From assembly GCA_028275445.1 (NCBI GenBank), contig JAPWUQ010000002.1, positions 1 to 47,867 on the forward strand: a stretch of DNA of 47,867 nucleotides. The letters are read 5' to 3'. Shown here one piece after another: positions 7,097 through 18,014 of this stretch; the stretch's first letter is position 1; the number at the start of each line of letters is the position of its first letter. The notes under the pieces were generated by a model. That model made no database searches and was not told the DNA's origin. It saw nothing but the letters and a program-made list of their open reading frames with translations. A program made the position numbers and the translations under genes. This DNA is from Anaerolineae bacterium (lineage in GTDB: Bacteria; Chloroflexota; Anaerolineae; JACIWP01).

Positions 7097-8542
7097 TTAC
7101 CCGCCGAACAGCACAGCCAGCGTGCCCTGCACCAGGTTGAAAAGCCAGGTGGGATACAATCCCAACAGGACGGTGCCCAGGGCGGCGATGCCCGTGCCGA
7201 TGGATAGGCCAAGACAGCGCGCCGGCTCCACCTCTTCCGCCGGCCCAGCCAACGCCATACGCGCCACCACCCGCAGGTAGTAATAGGCCGAGATGACGCT
7301 GTTGATGACGCCGATGATGGCCAACACCATCAGGCCGCTCCGCACCGCGGCGCTGAAGACGTACAGCTTGCCGAAGAAGCCGGCCAGCGGCGGTACCCCT
7401 GCCAGGGAGAACATGAACACGGTCATGGCGGCCGCCAGCCACGGCCGGCGGTGAAACAGGCCGCTCATGCGCGCCAGCTCCACGCCGGCGGCATCCGCTT
7501 CGGCGCGCTCCAGCGCGATCAACACCGCGAAGGCGCCGATGTTCATCAGCGCGTAGGCCATCAGGTAAAAGAGCACGCCGCTGACGCCGGCCTCGCCGGC
7601 CGCCACGCCCACCAGGATATAGCCGGCATGGGCGATGCTGGAATAGGCCAGCATGCGCTTCACATTCCCCTGCGCCAGCGCCGCCAGGTTGCCCCAGGTC
7701 ATGGTCAGCACTGCCAGGATGCCAACCGGCCAGACCCACCAGGCATACAGGGCCGGGAAGACTGTGACCAGCACCCGCACCAGCGCGGCGAAGCCGGCCG
7801 CCTTGGCCCCGACCGACATAAAGGCGGTCACCGAGGAAGGCGCGCCCTGATAGACATCGGGCGTCCACATGTGGAAGGGCACCGCCGCGACCTTAAAGGC
7901 GAAGCCGACCAGCAGGAGCGCCAGGCCGCCGATCAACATCGGGTCGGCGGGCTTCTGCGGGACCGCCGCGGCGATGCCGGCCAGGTAGGTGCTCCCCGTC
8001 GCGCCGTACAGCAGGGCCATGCCGTACAGCAGGAAGGCCGAGGCGAACGCCCCCAGCAGGAAATATTTCATGGCCGCCTCGCCGGAGCGGAGATCGGTCG
8101 TGCGGATGCCGGCCAGGGCATACAGCGCGATGGAGAGGATTTCCAGCGAGAGGAATAGGGTCATCAGATGGGTCGCCGCGCCCAGGAACATCATCCCGCT
8201 GGCCGCCAGCAGGAGCAAACCGTAGTACTCGCCGGCCGGCAGTTCCACCCGCACGACATAGTCCAGGGAAATGAGCAGGGCTAGCACTGCCGCCGCGCTC
8301 ACCACCAGGCTGATCACCAGGGCAAAGCGGTCGGCCGCGGCCATATGCTGGAAGGTCGGCGCGCCTGAGCCGGCCAGCATGCCGGCCGCGGCGGCAAAGG
8401 CGGCCAGGGCGCCGGCCAGCGCCAGCAGTCCGATACCCTTTCGGTCCTTCCATACCAGGTCCGCCAGGAAGACGGCCAGCGCGGCCGCCAGCATGATCAT
8501 CTGGGGCAGAATGCTCACCACCTGTACGTCCGCGATGTTCAT
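7097..8542 (-). CDS. nuoN: NADH-quinone oxidoreductase subunit N
   Basis: 481-aa polytopic membrane protein and last gene of the nuo cluster. GAGGAGAGG lies upstream of ATG 8542. It has a typical ND2/NuoN antiporter-like sequence (...FHMWTPDVYQGAP...). Confidence 0.9.
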   Translation of the reverse strand: MNIADVQVVSILPQMIMLAAALAVFLADLVWKDRKGIGLLALAGALAAFAAAAGMLAGSGAPTFQHMAAADRFALVISLVVSAAAVLALLISLDYVVRVELPAGEYYGLLLLAASGMMFLGAATHLMTLFLSLEILSIALYALAGIRTTDLRSGEAAMKYFLLGAFASAFLLYGMALLYGATGSTYLAGIAAAVPQKPADPMLIGGLALLLVGFAFKVAAVPFHMWTPDVYQGAPSSVTAFMSVGAKAAGFAALVRVLVTVFPALYAWWVWPVGILAVLTMTWGNLAALAQGNVKRMLAYSSIAHAGYILVGVAAGEAGVSGVLFYLMAYALMNIGAFAVLIALERAEADAAGVELARMSGLFHRRPWLAAAMTVFMFSLAGVPPLAGFFGKLYVFSAAVRSGLMVLAIIGVINSVISAYYYLRVVARMALAGPAEEVEPARCLGLSIGTGIAALGTVLLGLYPTWLFNLVQGTLAVLFGG

Positions 8543-8598
8543 TTCCTCTCCTCAGAAACTAGCTTCAACGAAATGCCGGCCCAGGGTCCGCCGCCCCA

Positions 8599-10119
8599 TC
8601 AAGGGAGCCAGGCCACAGCGGCCGCCTGCCCCACCAGGGCATCAATGGTCGCGCCGGCCGGCCCCAGGATCAGGTTCGGGAACACTCCCAGGATAATAAT
8701 GAGCACCAGCAGGGGCACCATGACCAGCAGGTCCGCGCCGCGCATATCCGGCACGTCGGCGTTGCGTCCCTCCGCCGGCCCCTGCATGATGCGCTGGAAG
8801 GTCCACAGCATATACCAGGCGCCCAGGATCATGCCCAGCGCGCCCAGCACGGCATAGGCGCGCACCGATTGGAACAGGCCGACCAGGAGCAGGAACTCGC
8901 CCACGAAGCCGTTGAGGCCGGGAAGCCCCACCGCACCCAGCATGGCGATCAGGAAGCATACGCCCAGAAGCGGCGCCGGCTTCCACAGGCCGCCGAACTC
9001 GGCGATCAACCGGGTGCCGCGGCGCTCCTCCAGCATCCCCACGATCAGGAACAACGCCGCCACGTAAATGCCGTGGCTGACCATCTGCATGACCACGCCG
9101 GCCAGCGACTGTGCGTTCGCCACCACCACGCCCAGCACCACCAGCGATAAATGGGCCACGCTGGAGTAGGCGACCACCCGCTTCACATCCTTCTGCATCA
9201 GCGCCGAGAGGGAGGCGTAGAGGATGCCGATGATGGCCAGGACGGCCAGCCAGGGCGCGGCCGTGCGCAGTCCCTCCGGGAAGAGCTGGAGGCCGAAGCG
9301 CACGAAGCCGTAAATGCCCATCTTGGAGAGCACGCCAGCCAGCAGAACCGTCACCGGCGTCGGCGCTTCACCGTAAGCATCCGGCAGCCAGGTGTGGAAG
9401 GGGAACACCGGCACCTTCACCGCAAAGGCCAGCCCGAACATGGCGAACAGCCAGAGCGGCGCCGGCCAGGGCAGGTTCAGCCCGCGCAGGGTCTGCCAGT
9501 CAAAGGTCCAGGCCCCTGTGCTTTGATAGGCGAAGTAGCCCAGGGCCAGGATGGCGACCAGCATCAGGGCACTGCCGGCCATGGTGTAGATGAAGAACTT
9601 CACCGTGGCGTAGGCCCGCCGTTCCCCACCCCATCTGCCGATGAGGAAATACATGGGGATCAGCATGGCCTCCCAGAACACGTAGAAGAGCACCAGGTCC
9701 AGCGCCAGGAAGACGCCCAGCACCCCGGTCTCCAGCAGTAACAGCCAGAAGAAGTAGCCCTGCACGGCGGAACGGCTCGCCTCATCGCTCCCCACCGGCT
9801 TCCACGATGCCAGCACGGCGATGACGAAGAGCAGTGCGGTGAGGGGAAGCAGGAACAGCGAGAAGCCATCCACCCCCAAGCGGTAAGAAATGCCCAGCGT
9901 CGGTATCCAGGGGAGGTGCTCCTCCCACTGCATGCCGGCCTCCGCCGGCCGGAACAGCGCCACGGCCGCCAGCGTCAGCGCCAGCACTGCCAGCGTAACC
10001 CCCAAGGATATCCCTCGGATGCTCGCGTGCGCCCGCTTATCCCACACCAGCACCAGCAGAGCGCCGGCCAGCGGCAGGAACACGATCAGGCTCAATAAGG
10101 GAAAACCCGCAGAATTCAT
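8599..10119 (-). CDS. nuoM: NADH-quinone oxidoreductase subunit M
   Basis: ND4/NuoM-like sequence (FPFHTWLPDAYGEAPTPVTVLLAGVLSKMG). ATG 10119 (MNSAGFPLLSLIVF...) is preferred over the TTG at 10143, which abuts the nuoL stop. Confidence 0.88.
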   Translation of the reverse strand: MNSAGFPLLSLIVFLPLAGALLVLVWDKRAHASIRGISLGVTLAVLALTLAAVALFRPAEAGMQWEEHLPWIPTLGISYRLGVDGFSLFLLPLTALLFVIAVLASWKPVGSDEASRSAVQGYFFWLLLLETGVLGVFLALDLVLFYVFWEAMLIPMYFLIGRWGGERRAYATVKFFIYTMAGSALMLVAILALGYFAYQSTGAWTFDWQTLRGLNLPWPAPLWLFAMFGLAFAVKVPVFPFHTWLPDAYGEAPTPVTVLLAGVLSKMGIYGFVRFGLQLFPEGLRTAAPWLAVLAIIGILYASLSALMQKDVKRVVAYSSVAHLSLVVLGVVVANAQSLAGVVMQMVSHGIYVAALFLIVGMLEERRGTRLIAEFGGLWKPAPLLGVCFLIAMLGAVGLPGLNGFVGEFLLLVGLFQSVRAYAVLGALGMILGAWYMLWTFQRIMQGPAEGRNADVPDMRGADLLVMVPLLVLIIILGVFPNLILGPAGATIDALVGQAAAVAWLP

Positions 10120-10143
10120 CAGGCCCCCACTCCCTTGCACCAA

Positions 10144-12012
10144 TTACCGCAACAGGAAATATCCCAGGATGATCACCACGCCCACCAGGATGCTCAGGGC
10201 GTACGAACGCACCCGGCCGGTCTGGAGCGTGCCCAATCCCTCTCCGCACACGCCGGCCAGCCGCGCCAGTCCGTTGACCGCCCCATCCACCACCTGCGGG
10301 TCGAACAGCTCGGCGATGAAACGCCCCACCCGCCGCAGTGGCTCCACCACTACCGCCATATAGAACTCATCCACGTAGTACTTGCGGCTCAACAGGGTGT
10401 ACAGCGGGGCGTACTGCCGGCTCAGCCGGGCCGGCGCTTCCGGCCGCACCACGTAGAGGTAATAGGCCAGGGCAATGCCGCCCAACGCCACCACCGCCGA
10501 CACAGCCAACAGCACCCATTCCAGCGCGCCGGCCTCGGCGATGTGCCCGGCCGGCAGTACCGGTTCCAAATAGCCCTCCACCAGCGAGAGCCGCGGCAGG
10601 CCGATATAGCCGCCGACCACCGCCAGCACCGCCAGGATGAGCATGGGGACGGACATCACCGCCGGCGCCTCATGGGCGTGCTCCCACAGCTTCTTCTCCG
10701 CCCGGGTTTTCCCCCAGAAGGTCACGAACAGCGCCCGGAAAATGTACACGGCGGTCAGCAGAGCGGTCACCAGGCCCACCAGCCACAGCACCGGCGAGCG
10801 AAGGAAGGCGCGCCACAGGATCTCGTCCTTGCTGAAGAAGCCGGAGAACAAGGGGACGCCGGCCAGCGCCGCCGCGCCCACCGCAAACACCGCATACGTC
10901 GTGGGGAGCTTCTCCCGCAAGCCGCCCAGCTTCATGATGTTGATCTCGCCGGCCAGGGCATGCATCACACTGCCGGCGGCCAGGAACAAGAGCGCCTTGA
11001 AGAAAGCGTGCGTCGTCAGATGGAACATGCCGGCGCTGTATGCCCCGACCCCCACCGCCAGGAACATGTAGCCCAACTGGCTGATGGTGGAATAGGCCAG
11101 GATGCGCTTCAGGTCCTTCTCCACCAGCGCCATGGTGGCGGCGAAGAAGGCCGTCGCCGCGCCGATGGAGGCCACCACCGTCATGGTGGCCGGCGCCATG
11201 TCGAACAGCACATGGTTGCGCGCCACCATATACACGCCGGCGGTCACCATGGTCGCCGCATGGATGAGGGCCGAGACCGGCGTCGGGCCTTCCATAGCGT
11301 CCGGCAGCCAGATGTAGAGCGGGATCTGCGCCGACTTGCCCGTGGCGCCCATGAACAGCAGGAGGGTGATGGCCGTCACGACCGCCGGCCCCAGCACGCC
11401 CGGCGCCCGCCGGAACACCTCGCTGAACTGCAGGGTGCCGAATGTGGCGAAGATGAGCATGATGCCCAGGGCAAACCCCACGTCGCCCACCCGGTTGACG
11501 ATGAAGGCTTTTTTGCCGGCGTCCGCCGCCGACTTCCGCTCAAACCAGAAGCCGATCAGCAGGTACGAGCACAGGCCGACCCCCTCCCAGCCCACGTACA
11601 TCATCAGGTAATTGTTCGCCAGCACCAGGATGAGCATGGCGAAGACGAACAGGTTCAAATAGGTGAAATAGCGGGCGTAGCGGGGATCCTCGGCCATGTA
11701 GCCCACGGAATAGATATGGATGAGAAAGCTGACGCCTGTGACCACCGCCGCCATCAGGGCGGACAGCGGGTCCAGCAGAAGGCTGAACTCCACGCGGAAG
11801 TTGCCGGCGCGGATCCAGGTGAACAGCGGTTGTTCGATCCCTTTACTGCCGGCGACGCCCACGAGCACCCCCAGGGCCACCAGGAACGACAGGCCGATGG
11901 CGGAGCAGGCCACCCAGCTCACGACCCGCTTGCCTATGCGCCGGCCGAAAAAGGCGTTCACCAGCACGCCCAGCAGGGGGAACAACAGCATCAACCATGC
12001 ATACGCAACCAT
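10144..12012 (-). CDS. nuoL: NADH-quinone oxidoreductase subunit L
   Basis: 622-aa ND5/NuoL-like protein (GWEGVGLCSYLLIGFW, WLPDAMEGPTPVSALIHAATMVTAGVY). GAGGAGG lies upstream of ATG 12012. Confidence 0.92.
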   Translation of the reverse strand: MVAYAWLMLLFPLLGVLVNAFFGRRIGKRVVSWVACSAIGLSFLVALGVLVGVAGSKGIEQPLFTWIRAGNFRVEFSLLLDPLSALMAAVVTGVSFLIHIYSVGYMAEDPRYARYFTYLNLFVFAMLILVLANNYLMMYVGWEGVGLCSYLLIGFWFERKSAADAGKKAFIVNRVGDVGFALGIMLIFATFGTLQFSEVFRRAPGVLGPAVVTAITLLLFMGATGKSAQIPLYIWLPDAMEGPTPVSALIHAATMVTAGVYMVARNHVLFDMAPATMTVVASIGAATAFFAATMALVEKDLKRILAYSTISQLGYMFLAVGVGAYSAGMFHLTTHAFFKALLFLAAGSVMHALAGEINIMKLGGLREKLPTTYAVFAVGAAALAGVPLFSGFFSKDEILWRAFLRSPVLWLVGLVTALLTAVYIFRALFVTFWGKTRAEKKLWEHAHEAPAVMSVPMLILAVLAVVGGYIGLPRLSLVEGYLEPVLPAGHIAEAGALEWVLLAVSAVVALGGIALAYYLYVVRPEAPARLSRQYAPLYTLLSRKYYVDEFYMAVVVEPLRRVGRFIAELFDPQVVDGAVNGLARLAGVCGEGLGTLQTGRVRSYALSILVGVVIILGYFLLR

Positions 12013-12063
12013 CCAATCCTCCTCAAACGTCCGTGGAAGGCGGCCGCCGGGGCCTTTCTTCCA

Positions 12064-12366
12064 TCAGCCCTTCAACAGGGAAACATCGTCCACATCGGTA
12101 GTGGCCCTGTGGCGGAAGATCGAGACGATAATGCCCAGGCCGATGGCCACCTCAGCCGCCGCCACCGCCATCACCATGAAGACGAAGATCTGGCCGTCCA
12201 GCGACTGCAACTGGCGGGAAAGGGCGATAAAGGTGAGGTTGACGGCGTTGAGCATGATTTCGATGCACATGAAAATGACCAGGGCGTTGCGCCGCAGAAG
12301 GACGCCGGCCGCCCCAATGGTAAACAGCACCGCGCTCAATATCAGCAGATAGCGGATGGCATCCAC
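12064..12366 (-). CDS. nuoK: NADH-quinone oxidoreductase subunit K
   Basis: 100-aa protein with 3 TM helices, ND4L/NuoK-like ([22 protein letters not shown]). GTG start at 12366 with GGGAGGGA 5 nt upstream. Confidence 0.88.
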   Translation of the reverse strand: MDAIRYLLILSAVLFTIGAAGVLLRRNALVIFMCIEIMLNAVNLTFIALSRQLQSLDGQIFVFMVMAVAAAEVAIGLGIIVSIFRHRATTDVDDVSLLKG

Positions 12367-12382
12367 GCTTTTCCCTCCCGTG

Positions 12383-12940
12383 CTATTCTTCCTGGGACCG
12401 CCGGCGTGCCCGTGCCAGCGCCACCGCGCCCACTATGCCCACCAGCAGGAGCACGGAAGCCAGCTCGAAGGGCAGTATGTAGTCCAACAGGAGTGTGGCG
12501 CCCAGGAGCTGGATATGGCCGGTCTGGGCAATGGCCTCGGGTGTCACCGTGCCGCGAGCGCCGGCCACCCCTGTCATGCGCGCCACCAGGTAGGCGATCT
12601 CGGCCAGGAAGATCACGGCCAGCGCCCCGCCGGCCGCCGCAAAGCCGGGGGACAGCCGACCCTGCTCCGCCGGCCGCCGGCCCCCCACCAGCATCAGCGC
12701 GAACAGGAAGAGCACCACAATGGCGCCGGCATAGACGATCAACTGGGCAATGCCCAGGAACTCCGCGCTCAGCATGATGTACATGGCCGCCAGCGCCACA
12801 AAGTTCACCAACATGCCCAGGGCGCTGTAAACCACCTGCCGCGCCAGGATGACGCTGAGCGCGCCGGCAATGGCAACGGCACCGAAGATGATGAACAACA
12901 CAGTTTCCAAGGGGGTTGCGGTCATATGTGATATCCCCAT
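12383..12940 (-). CDS. nuoJ: NADH-quinone oxidoreductase subunit J
   Basis: ND6/NuoJ-like hydrophobic protein. ATG 12940 overlaps the nuoI stop by 1 nt (TGATG). Alternative starts are GTG 12943 and ATG 12925. Confidence 0.85.
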   Translation of the reverse strand: MGISHMTATPLETVLFIIFGAVAIAGALSVILARQVVYSALGMLVNFVALAAMYIMLSAEFLGIAQLIVYAGAIVVLFLFALMLVGGRRPAEQGRLSPGFAAAGGALAVIFLAEIAYLVARMTGVAGARGTVTPEAIAQTGHIQLLGATLLLDYILPFELASVLLLVGIVGAVALARARRRSQEE

Positions 12941-13419
12941 CACACCTGCTTGACGATGACATGTGGGTGGGCCGGCTCCAGCAACTGCTCCTTGGAATAG
13001 ACCAGTTCGTGCCGGCCGAAATCCGCCAGGGCAAACTCGTGTCCCATGACGATGGCGCCCTTCGGGCAGGCCTCCTCGCAGTAGCCGCAGAAGATACAGC
13101 GCGTCATGTTGATCTCATAGCGCTTGGCATACCGCTCGCCCAGCGAGACGGGGTGCTCCGGGTCATTCTCCGCCGCCTCCACGTATATGGCGCCGGAAGG
13201 GCACACCGCCGCGCACAGGCCGCAGGCGACGCATTTCTCCAGCCCGTTCTCGTAGCGCTGGAGCTCATGCCGGCCGCGGAAGCGCGGGTATATCTCCGGC
13301 GGCTGTTCGGGATACTGCACCGTCACCGGCTTCATGAACAGATACCGGAGGGTGATGCCCATCGCCCGCAAATGTTGGATCAAACCCTTGACAGCGTTCA
13401 CCAGTGCTGACATGCACAT
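12940..13419 (-). CDS. nuoI: NADH-quinone oxidoreductase subunit I (2x[4Fe-4S] ferredoxin-type)
   Basis: Two CxxCxxCxxxCP motifs are present: [12 protein letters not shown] and [12 protein letters not shown]. An alternative ATG lies 6 nt downstream (13413). Confidence 0.92.
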   Translation of the reverse strand: MCMSALVNAVKGLIQHLRAMGITLRYLFMKPVTVQYPEQPPEIYPRFRGRHELQRYENGLEKCVACGLCAAVCPSGAIYVEAAENDPEHPVSLGERYAKRYEINMTRCIFCGYCEEACPKGAIVMGHEFALADFGRHELVYSKEQLLEPAHPHVIVKQV

Positions 13420-13441
13420 CCACCCCTGCAGGGAAAATCGC

Positions 13442-14446
13442 TCAGGCCACCAGCGCCACCACGACCGCCGTCACCGCCAGGTTGGCCAACCCCAGCGGCA
13501 ACAGGAACTTCCAGCCGAACTTCATCCACTTGTCGTAGCGCACGCGGGGGATACTGGCGCGCACCCAGATGAACACAAAGAGCACCACGGCGGCCTTCAC
13601 ACCCAGCCACACCAATTGTAGAAGTGGACTGAGATGGGCGAACGGCCCCTGCCACCCACCCAGGAACAGCGTGGCCACCAGGATGCTCATCACAATCATA
13701 TTGATGTATTCCGCCATGAAGTAAATGGCGAATTTGATGCCGCCGTATTCCGTGGAGTAGCCGGAGACCAGCTCGTTCTCCGTCTCGGGCATATCAAAGG
13801 GAGAGCGGTTGATCTCCGCCATGCCGCTGATAAAGTAGATCAGGAAGCCCACCGGCTGGAGGACAATGAGCGGCAGGGTCCGCTGAGCGGCGATGATGTC
13901 GGCGAAGCGCAGGGAGCCAGTGATGGCGGCAATGCTGGCCAGCGCCAGCCCCATGGGAAGCTCATAGGTGATGACCTGGGCGGTACTGCGCAGGGCGCCC
14001 AGCAGGGAGAAGTTGTTGTTGGAGGACCAGCCGCCCAGGAAAATGCCGTACAGGCCCAGGCCGGCCACGGCCACCACGTACAGCACCCCGACGTTCACAT
14101 CGCCGATCACCATGGTGATCTTGCGCCCCCAGGCCATGAAGCTGTCGCCCACCGGTATCACGCCGAAAACGATGAGGGAGCCGGCCACCGCGATGCCCGG
14201 ACAAATGACATACAGCCACTTGTCCACTTCGGAGGGGATGACCTCCTCCTTGAAGATGGCCTTGAAGGCGTCGGCGATGGGCTGGAGCAAGCCGAAGGGG
14301 CCGGCACGGTTGGGGCCGTAGCGCCGCACGAACCGCCCCACCAGCTTGCGCTCCACATACGTCATGTAGGCGAACGCCAGGAGCAGGACGACGATCACCA
14401 CCAGGCTTTTGATGGCAGGAATCAGCAGGGCATCAATCCAATCCAT
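13442..14446 (-). CDS. nuoH: NADH-quinone oxidoreductase subunit H
   Basis: 334-aa ND1/NuoH-like membrane protein ([30 protein letters not shown]; [24 protein letters not shown]). Confidence 0.92.
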   Translation of the reverse strand: MDWIDALLIPAIKSLVVIVVLLLAFAYMTYVERKLVGRFVRRYGPNRAGPFGLLQPIADAFKAIFKEEVIPSEVDKWLYVICPGIAVAGSLIVFGVIPVGDSFMAWGRKITMVIGDVNVGVLYVVAVAGLGLYGIFLGGWSSNNNFSLLGALRSTAQVITYELPMGLALASIAAITGSLRFADIIAAQRTLPLIVLQPVGFLIYFISGMAEINRSPFDMPETENELVSGYSTEYGGIKFAIYFMAEYINMIVMSILVATLFLGGWQGPFAHLSPLLQLVWLGVKAAVVLFVFIWVRASIPRVRYDKWMKFGWKFLLPLGLANLAVTAVVVALVA

Positions 14447-14484
14447 AGGTTTCCCCTGTTCTCCCCATGCACGGCCCAGGACAA

Positions 14485-16656
14485 TCAGCCGGCCAGGCTG
14501 ACATGGGCCTCATAGACCGTCAAACGCTCAGGCTCGAGCTTGCGCAGGGCGCCGGCCTCCCCGAGCACCCCATAAGAAAGGCCCTCATAGCCCGGCACAC
14601 AGCGGGCGATCTCGGCAAAGACCTCCTCCGCCGAGGAGAAGTTCCAGCGGCCGGCCTCCCCCAGCCGGGCTCCCAACTGGGTCAGGATCCACCAGGCCGG
14701 CCGGCTCTCGCCCATGGGGCGCAGGGCGGCGCGCGCCCACTGCACCCGACCGGTCAGGTTGGTGAAAGAGCCGTCGGCCTCGGTGAACGCACAGGCCGGC
14801 AGGACCACATCCACATCCGCCGGCACCTCCGCCTTCCAGGAGGTGATGACCGCCAGGAAGTCCGCCCGCAGGCCGGCCGGCACCTCCCCCAGCACCAGGG
14901 CCGCCGGCAGTTTCTGCCCCCGCCATGCCCGCAGGCCCTGGCCGGCCTCCGCCGGCACCCGGCGTCCCCAGAATTGCTGATAGCGATCCAAGGCACGGGT
15001 ATCGGTATACGGCTGGAAGCCGGGCAGGAAGGCGGGGGAGACGCCCATATCCAGCGCGCCGATGGCATTGGCCTGTGCCGGCACCAGGGCCGGCCCTTCC
15101 GCCCCGCAGATCAGCGCCAAATTGCCCAGCGCGCCGCGCAGTACGGCATCGCCGGCACGCGCTCCGCCGTAGAGGATGGTCGGACGCTGAGCCTGCGCCA
15201 GCGCCTCGGCCGCTTCCAGCAGTTCGCCTTCGGGCACGCCGGCCGCATGCATCACCGCCGCGGGGGTATAGGGTTCCATCCAGGCCTGCAACTGCTCCAG
15301 GCCGGCCGCCGCACGCGCCCGACCGCTCTGCAGGATGGCGCGCACCAGGCCGTTGATGACGGCCGCTTCCGTGCCCGGCCGGCACTGCAGCCAGCGGCCG
15401 AAGCGCGCCAGATGCGAGCGCTCCGTGCCTACGATGATGAAGCGGGTGCATCCCATCACGCCGGCGTGCCGGGCGAACAGCTCCAGCAGGGGCGCGGCGT
15501 CCAGCAGGTCCAGGCCGGCGATCAGCACCAGGTCGGACTGTTCGAGCTTGCGGGTAGTGGGCAGGAGCCGCGCCCGCGCCGGCACTTCCGCCGCCATGTC
15601 GATCTGATTGGTGCCCAGTGCGCCGCGCGCCAGCCGCTGGAGCAAGTAATTGGCCTCGTTGCTGTGCTGGGCGGACCCCACGCAGGCCACCCCGGCCGGC
15701 CCATACTGTCCTACGGCATCCCGCAGTGCCTCCGCGGCGCGCGCCAGCGCCTCTTCCCATGACGCCGGCTTCAGCTCCCCATCCTTGCGCACCAGGGGCT
15801 GGGTGATCCGCAGGGTGCCGTCCGCGGCGCGGTGATCGAACTGACCGCGATCGCACAGCCATTCGTCGTTGACATCGGGGTGCTCGCGAGAGACGATGCG
15901 CTTCAGGCGGTTGTACTTGGTGTGCAGGGAGATATTACAGCCGACGGCGCAGTTCACGCACACGGATGGGGTGTGTTTCAGCTCCCAACTGCGCGCGGAA
16001 AAGCGGAAGACGCGGCTGGTCAGCGCCCCCACCGGGCAGATATGGACGGTGTTGCCCGAAAAGGGGGTGTCCAGCGGCTCGCCGTTGAAGGTATCCACAT
16101 AGGTCAGCCGGCCGCGTTCGAACAATCCCAACTGCACGTCATCCGCCCACTCCTCGAGGAAGCGGATACAGCGCCGGCAGAGCACACAGCGCTCCTGATC
16201 CATGATCACATATGGGCCAAGGATGCGCGCCTTGGCCTTGTGGCGCTTTTCCTCGATGAAACGGCTCTTCCCCGGACCGTAGATGAAGGTCTGATCCTGC
16301 AGTTCGCATTCCCCGCCCTTGTCGCACACCGGACAGTCCAGCGGGTGGTTGGTGAGCAGGAATTCCAGGTTCGCGGCACGCGCTTTGCGGATTTCCGGCG
16401 TGTCCGTGCGCACGACCATGCCCGGGCGCACCTCTGTGGTGCAGGCGGTCTGCAGGCCGCGCATTTTCTCCACTTCCACCAGGCACATGCGGCAGGCGCC
16501 CACCGGGATGAGCTTGGCGTAGTGGCACAGCGTGGGGATAGGTATGCCCAGCCGGCGCGCCGCGTCCAGCACCGTGCTGTGCGCCGGCACCGCCACCTCT
16601 TTGCCGTCAATGACCAGCGTCACCATATTGTCCAGCAGCGTGTTTTCGTTCGTCAC
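14485..16656 (-). CDS. nuoG: NADH-quinone oxidoreductase subunit G (75-kDa, Fe-S / molybdopterin-oxidoreductase fold)
   Basis: The N-terminal 2Fe-2S and 4Fe-4S motifs are CHYAKLIPVGACRMCLVEV and HPLDCPVCDKGGECELQ. GTG 16656 is the longest start; an alternative ATG at 16626 gives MVTLVIDGKEV. Confidence 0.9.
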   Translation of the reverse strand: MTNENTLLDNMVTLVIDGKEVAVPAHSTVLDAARRLGIPIPTLCHYAKLIPVGACRMCLVEVEKMRGLQTACTTEVRPGMVVRTDTPEIRKARAANLEFLLTNHPLDCPVCDKGGECELQDQTFIYGPGKSRFIEEKRHKAKARILGPYVIMDQERCVLCRRCIRFLEEWADDVQLGLFERGRLTYVDTFNGEPLDTPFSGNTVHICPVGALTSRVFRFSARSWELKHTPSVCVNCAVGCNISLHTKYNRLKRIVSREHPDVNDEWLCDRGQFDHRAADGTLRITQPLVRKDGELKPASWEEALARAAEALRDAVGQYGPAGVACVGSAQHSNEANYLLQRLARGALGTNQIDMAAEVPARARLLPTTRKLEQSDLVLIAGLDLLDAAPLLELFARHAGVMGCTRFIIVGTERSHLARFGRWLQCRPGTEAAVINGLVRAILQSGRARAAAGLEQLQAWMEPYTPAAVMHAAGVPEGELLEAAEALAQAQRPTILYGGARAGDAVLRGALGNLALICGAEGPALVPAQANAIGALDMGVSPAFLPGFQPYTDTRALDRYQQFWGRRVPAEAGQGLRAWRGQKLPAALVLGEVPAGLRADFLAVITSWKAEVPADVDVVLPACAFTEADGSFTNLTGRVQWARAALRPMGESRPAWWILTQLGARLGEAGRWNFSSAEEVFAEIARCVPGYEGLSYGVLGEAGALRKLEPERLTVYEAHVSLAG

Positions 16657-16707
16657 TGCTCTACCCCGCCCCAGCGTTCTCGCGTCGACATGATCACAGC
16701 TTCGCCT

Positions 16708-17973
16708 TCAGGCGCGCATGGGACAGCGGCCCAGGCGGATATGTTCCAGGTACTCCTCGCGGAACAGGCCGATGCTGGAGCGCACCGGCCCCAGCGCGGC
16801 ATCGCCCAGCGGACAGAAGCTCTTGCCGCCGATGTTGTCGCAGATGTCCAGCAAGAGGTCCAGGTCCTCTTCCCTCCCCCGGCCGTGCTCGATGCGGTGC
16901 AGGATCTGGTACATCCAATCGGTCCCTTCCCGGCAGGGGATGCACTTCCCGCACGACTCGTGGCGGTAGAACTCCGCCAGGCGCTCGGTCACGGAGACGA
17001 TGCAGGTGCGCTCGCCGATGACGATAACGGCGCCGGAGCCGAGCATGGAGCCGGCGGCGGCCACCGATTCGTAATCCAGCGGCACGTCTATCTTGTCCGC
17101 CGGCAGCATCGGTGTGGACGAACCGCCGGGGATAATGGCCTTGATGGCCTGCCCGCCCAGGGGGCCGCCGGCGTACTCGTAGATCAGCGTGCGCAGGGGG
17201 GTTCCCAGCGGCAGTTCATACACGCCCGGCCGCTCCACGTGCCCGCTGATGCAGAACAGCTTGATGCCCGGACTGCGCTCCGTCCCGAAGGAGCGGTACC
17301 ACTCCGCCCCTCGCTCCACGATGAAGGGCACGTTGAAAAGGGTCTCCACGTTGTTGATGATGGTGGGCTTGCGGTACAGGCCGCTCTGGGCAGGGAAGGG
17401 GGGTTTCAGCTTGGGATGGCCGCGGTCGCCCTCCAGCGAGGTGAGCAGAGCGGTTTCCTCGCCGCACACGTAGGCGCCGGCGCCCTTATGGAGGGTCAGT
17501 TCCAGGTTGTACCCGCTTCCCAGGATGTTCTTGCCCAAATAGCCGTGGGCATAGGCTTCCTCGATGGCCTGCTGAAGCCGGCGCGCGCCGAAGGCATATT
17601 CCCCGCGGATGTAGATGAAGGCGTGCTCGACCTGGCAGGCGTACGAGGAGATGATAATGCCCTCGATGAGGCCGTGCGGATCATGTTCGATGAGCACGCG
17701 ATCTTTGAAGGTGCCCGGCTCGCCCTCATCGGCATTGCACACCAGGTAGCGCGGGAAGACATCCGCCGGCAGGAAGCTCCATTTGACGCCGGCCGGGAAG
17801 CCGGCGCCGCCGCGCCCCCGCAGGCCGGAGGCCTTTACCAGCTCCACCAACTGCTGGGGCGTGTATTCCTTCAGCGCCTTGGTCAGCGCCTGGTACCCCC
17901 CGCGCTGGAGGTACACCTCGATGGTATGCGAATTGGGCACCCCGACATTGCGCAGTAGAATCTTCTCAGCCAT
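16708..17973 (-). CDS. nuoF: NADH-quinone oxidoreductase subunit F (FMN/NADH-binding)
   Basis: [27 protein letters not shown] and [12 protein letters not shown] motifs are present. ATG 17973 is preceded by GAAGGA at 7-nt spacing; the track's TTG at 17988 is less likely. Confidence 0.92.
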   Translation of the reverse strand: MAEKILLRNVGVPNSHTIEVYLQRGGYQALTKALKEYTPQQLVELVKASGLRGRGGAGFPAGVKWSFLPADVFPRYLVCNADEGEPGTFKDRVLIEHDPHGLIEGIIISSYACQVEHAFIYIRGEYAFGARRLQQAIEEAYAHGYLGKNILGSGYNLELTLHKGAGAYVCGEETALLTSLEGDRGHPKLKPPFPAQSGLYRKPTIINNVETLFNVPFIVERGAEWYRSFGTERSPGIKLFCISGHVERPGVYELPLGTPLRTLIYEYAGGPLGGQAIKAIIPGGSSTPMLPADKIDVPLDYESVAAAGSMLGSGAVIVIGERTCIVSVTERLAEFYRHESCGKCIPCREGTDWMYQILHRIEHGRGREEDLDLLLDICDNIGGKSFCPLGDAALGPVRSSIGLFREEYLEHIRLGRCPMRA

Positions 17974-18014
17974 TCGCTCGTCCTTCAACTACCTCGTCAG
18001 CGATTGCCGCCGGC

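Noticed and set aside
6697-7868. ORFs 6697-7089 (+), 6828-7868 (-) and 6906-7280 (+) spanning the nuoN-protease intergenic region
   Set aside because: They have no RBS and give Arg/Gly-rich or random-looking translations. They overlap nuoN out of frame and run across the predicted promoter. I treat the region as a non-coding leader.
10135-12777. 880-aa + strand ORF antisense to nuoL/nuoK/nuoJ
   Set aside because: It is a low-complexity His/Arg/Gln/Gly-rich translation. The opposite strand encodes three well-conserved complex I subunits with proper RBSs.
15832-17958. 708-aa + strand ORF antisense to nuoG/nuoF, plus the 425-aa alternative-frame minus ORF at 14585-15862
   Set aside because: The same reasoning applies. 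The Fe-S and FMN motifs identify the true frames, and the alternatives are Arg/Gly/Ala-rich with no motifs.
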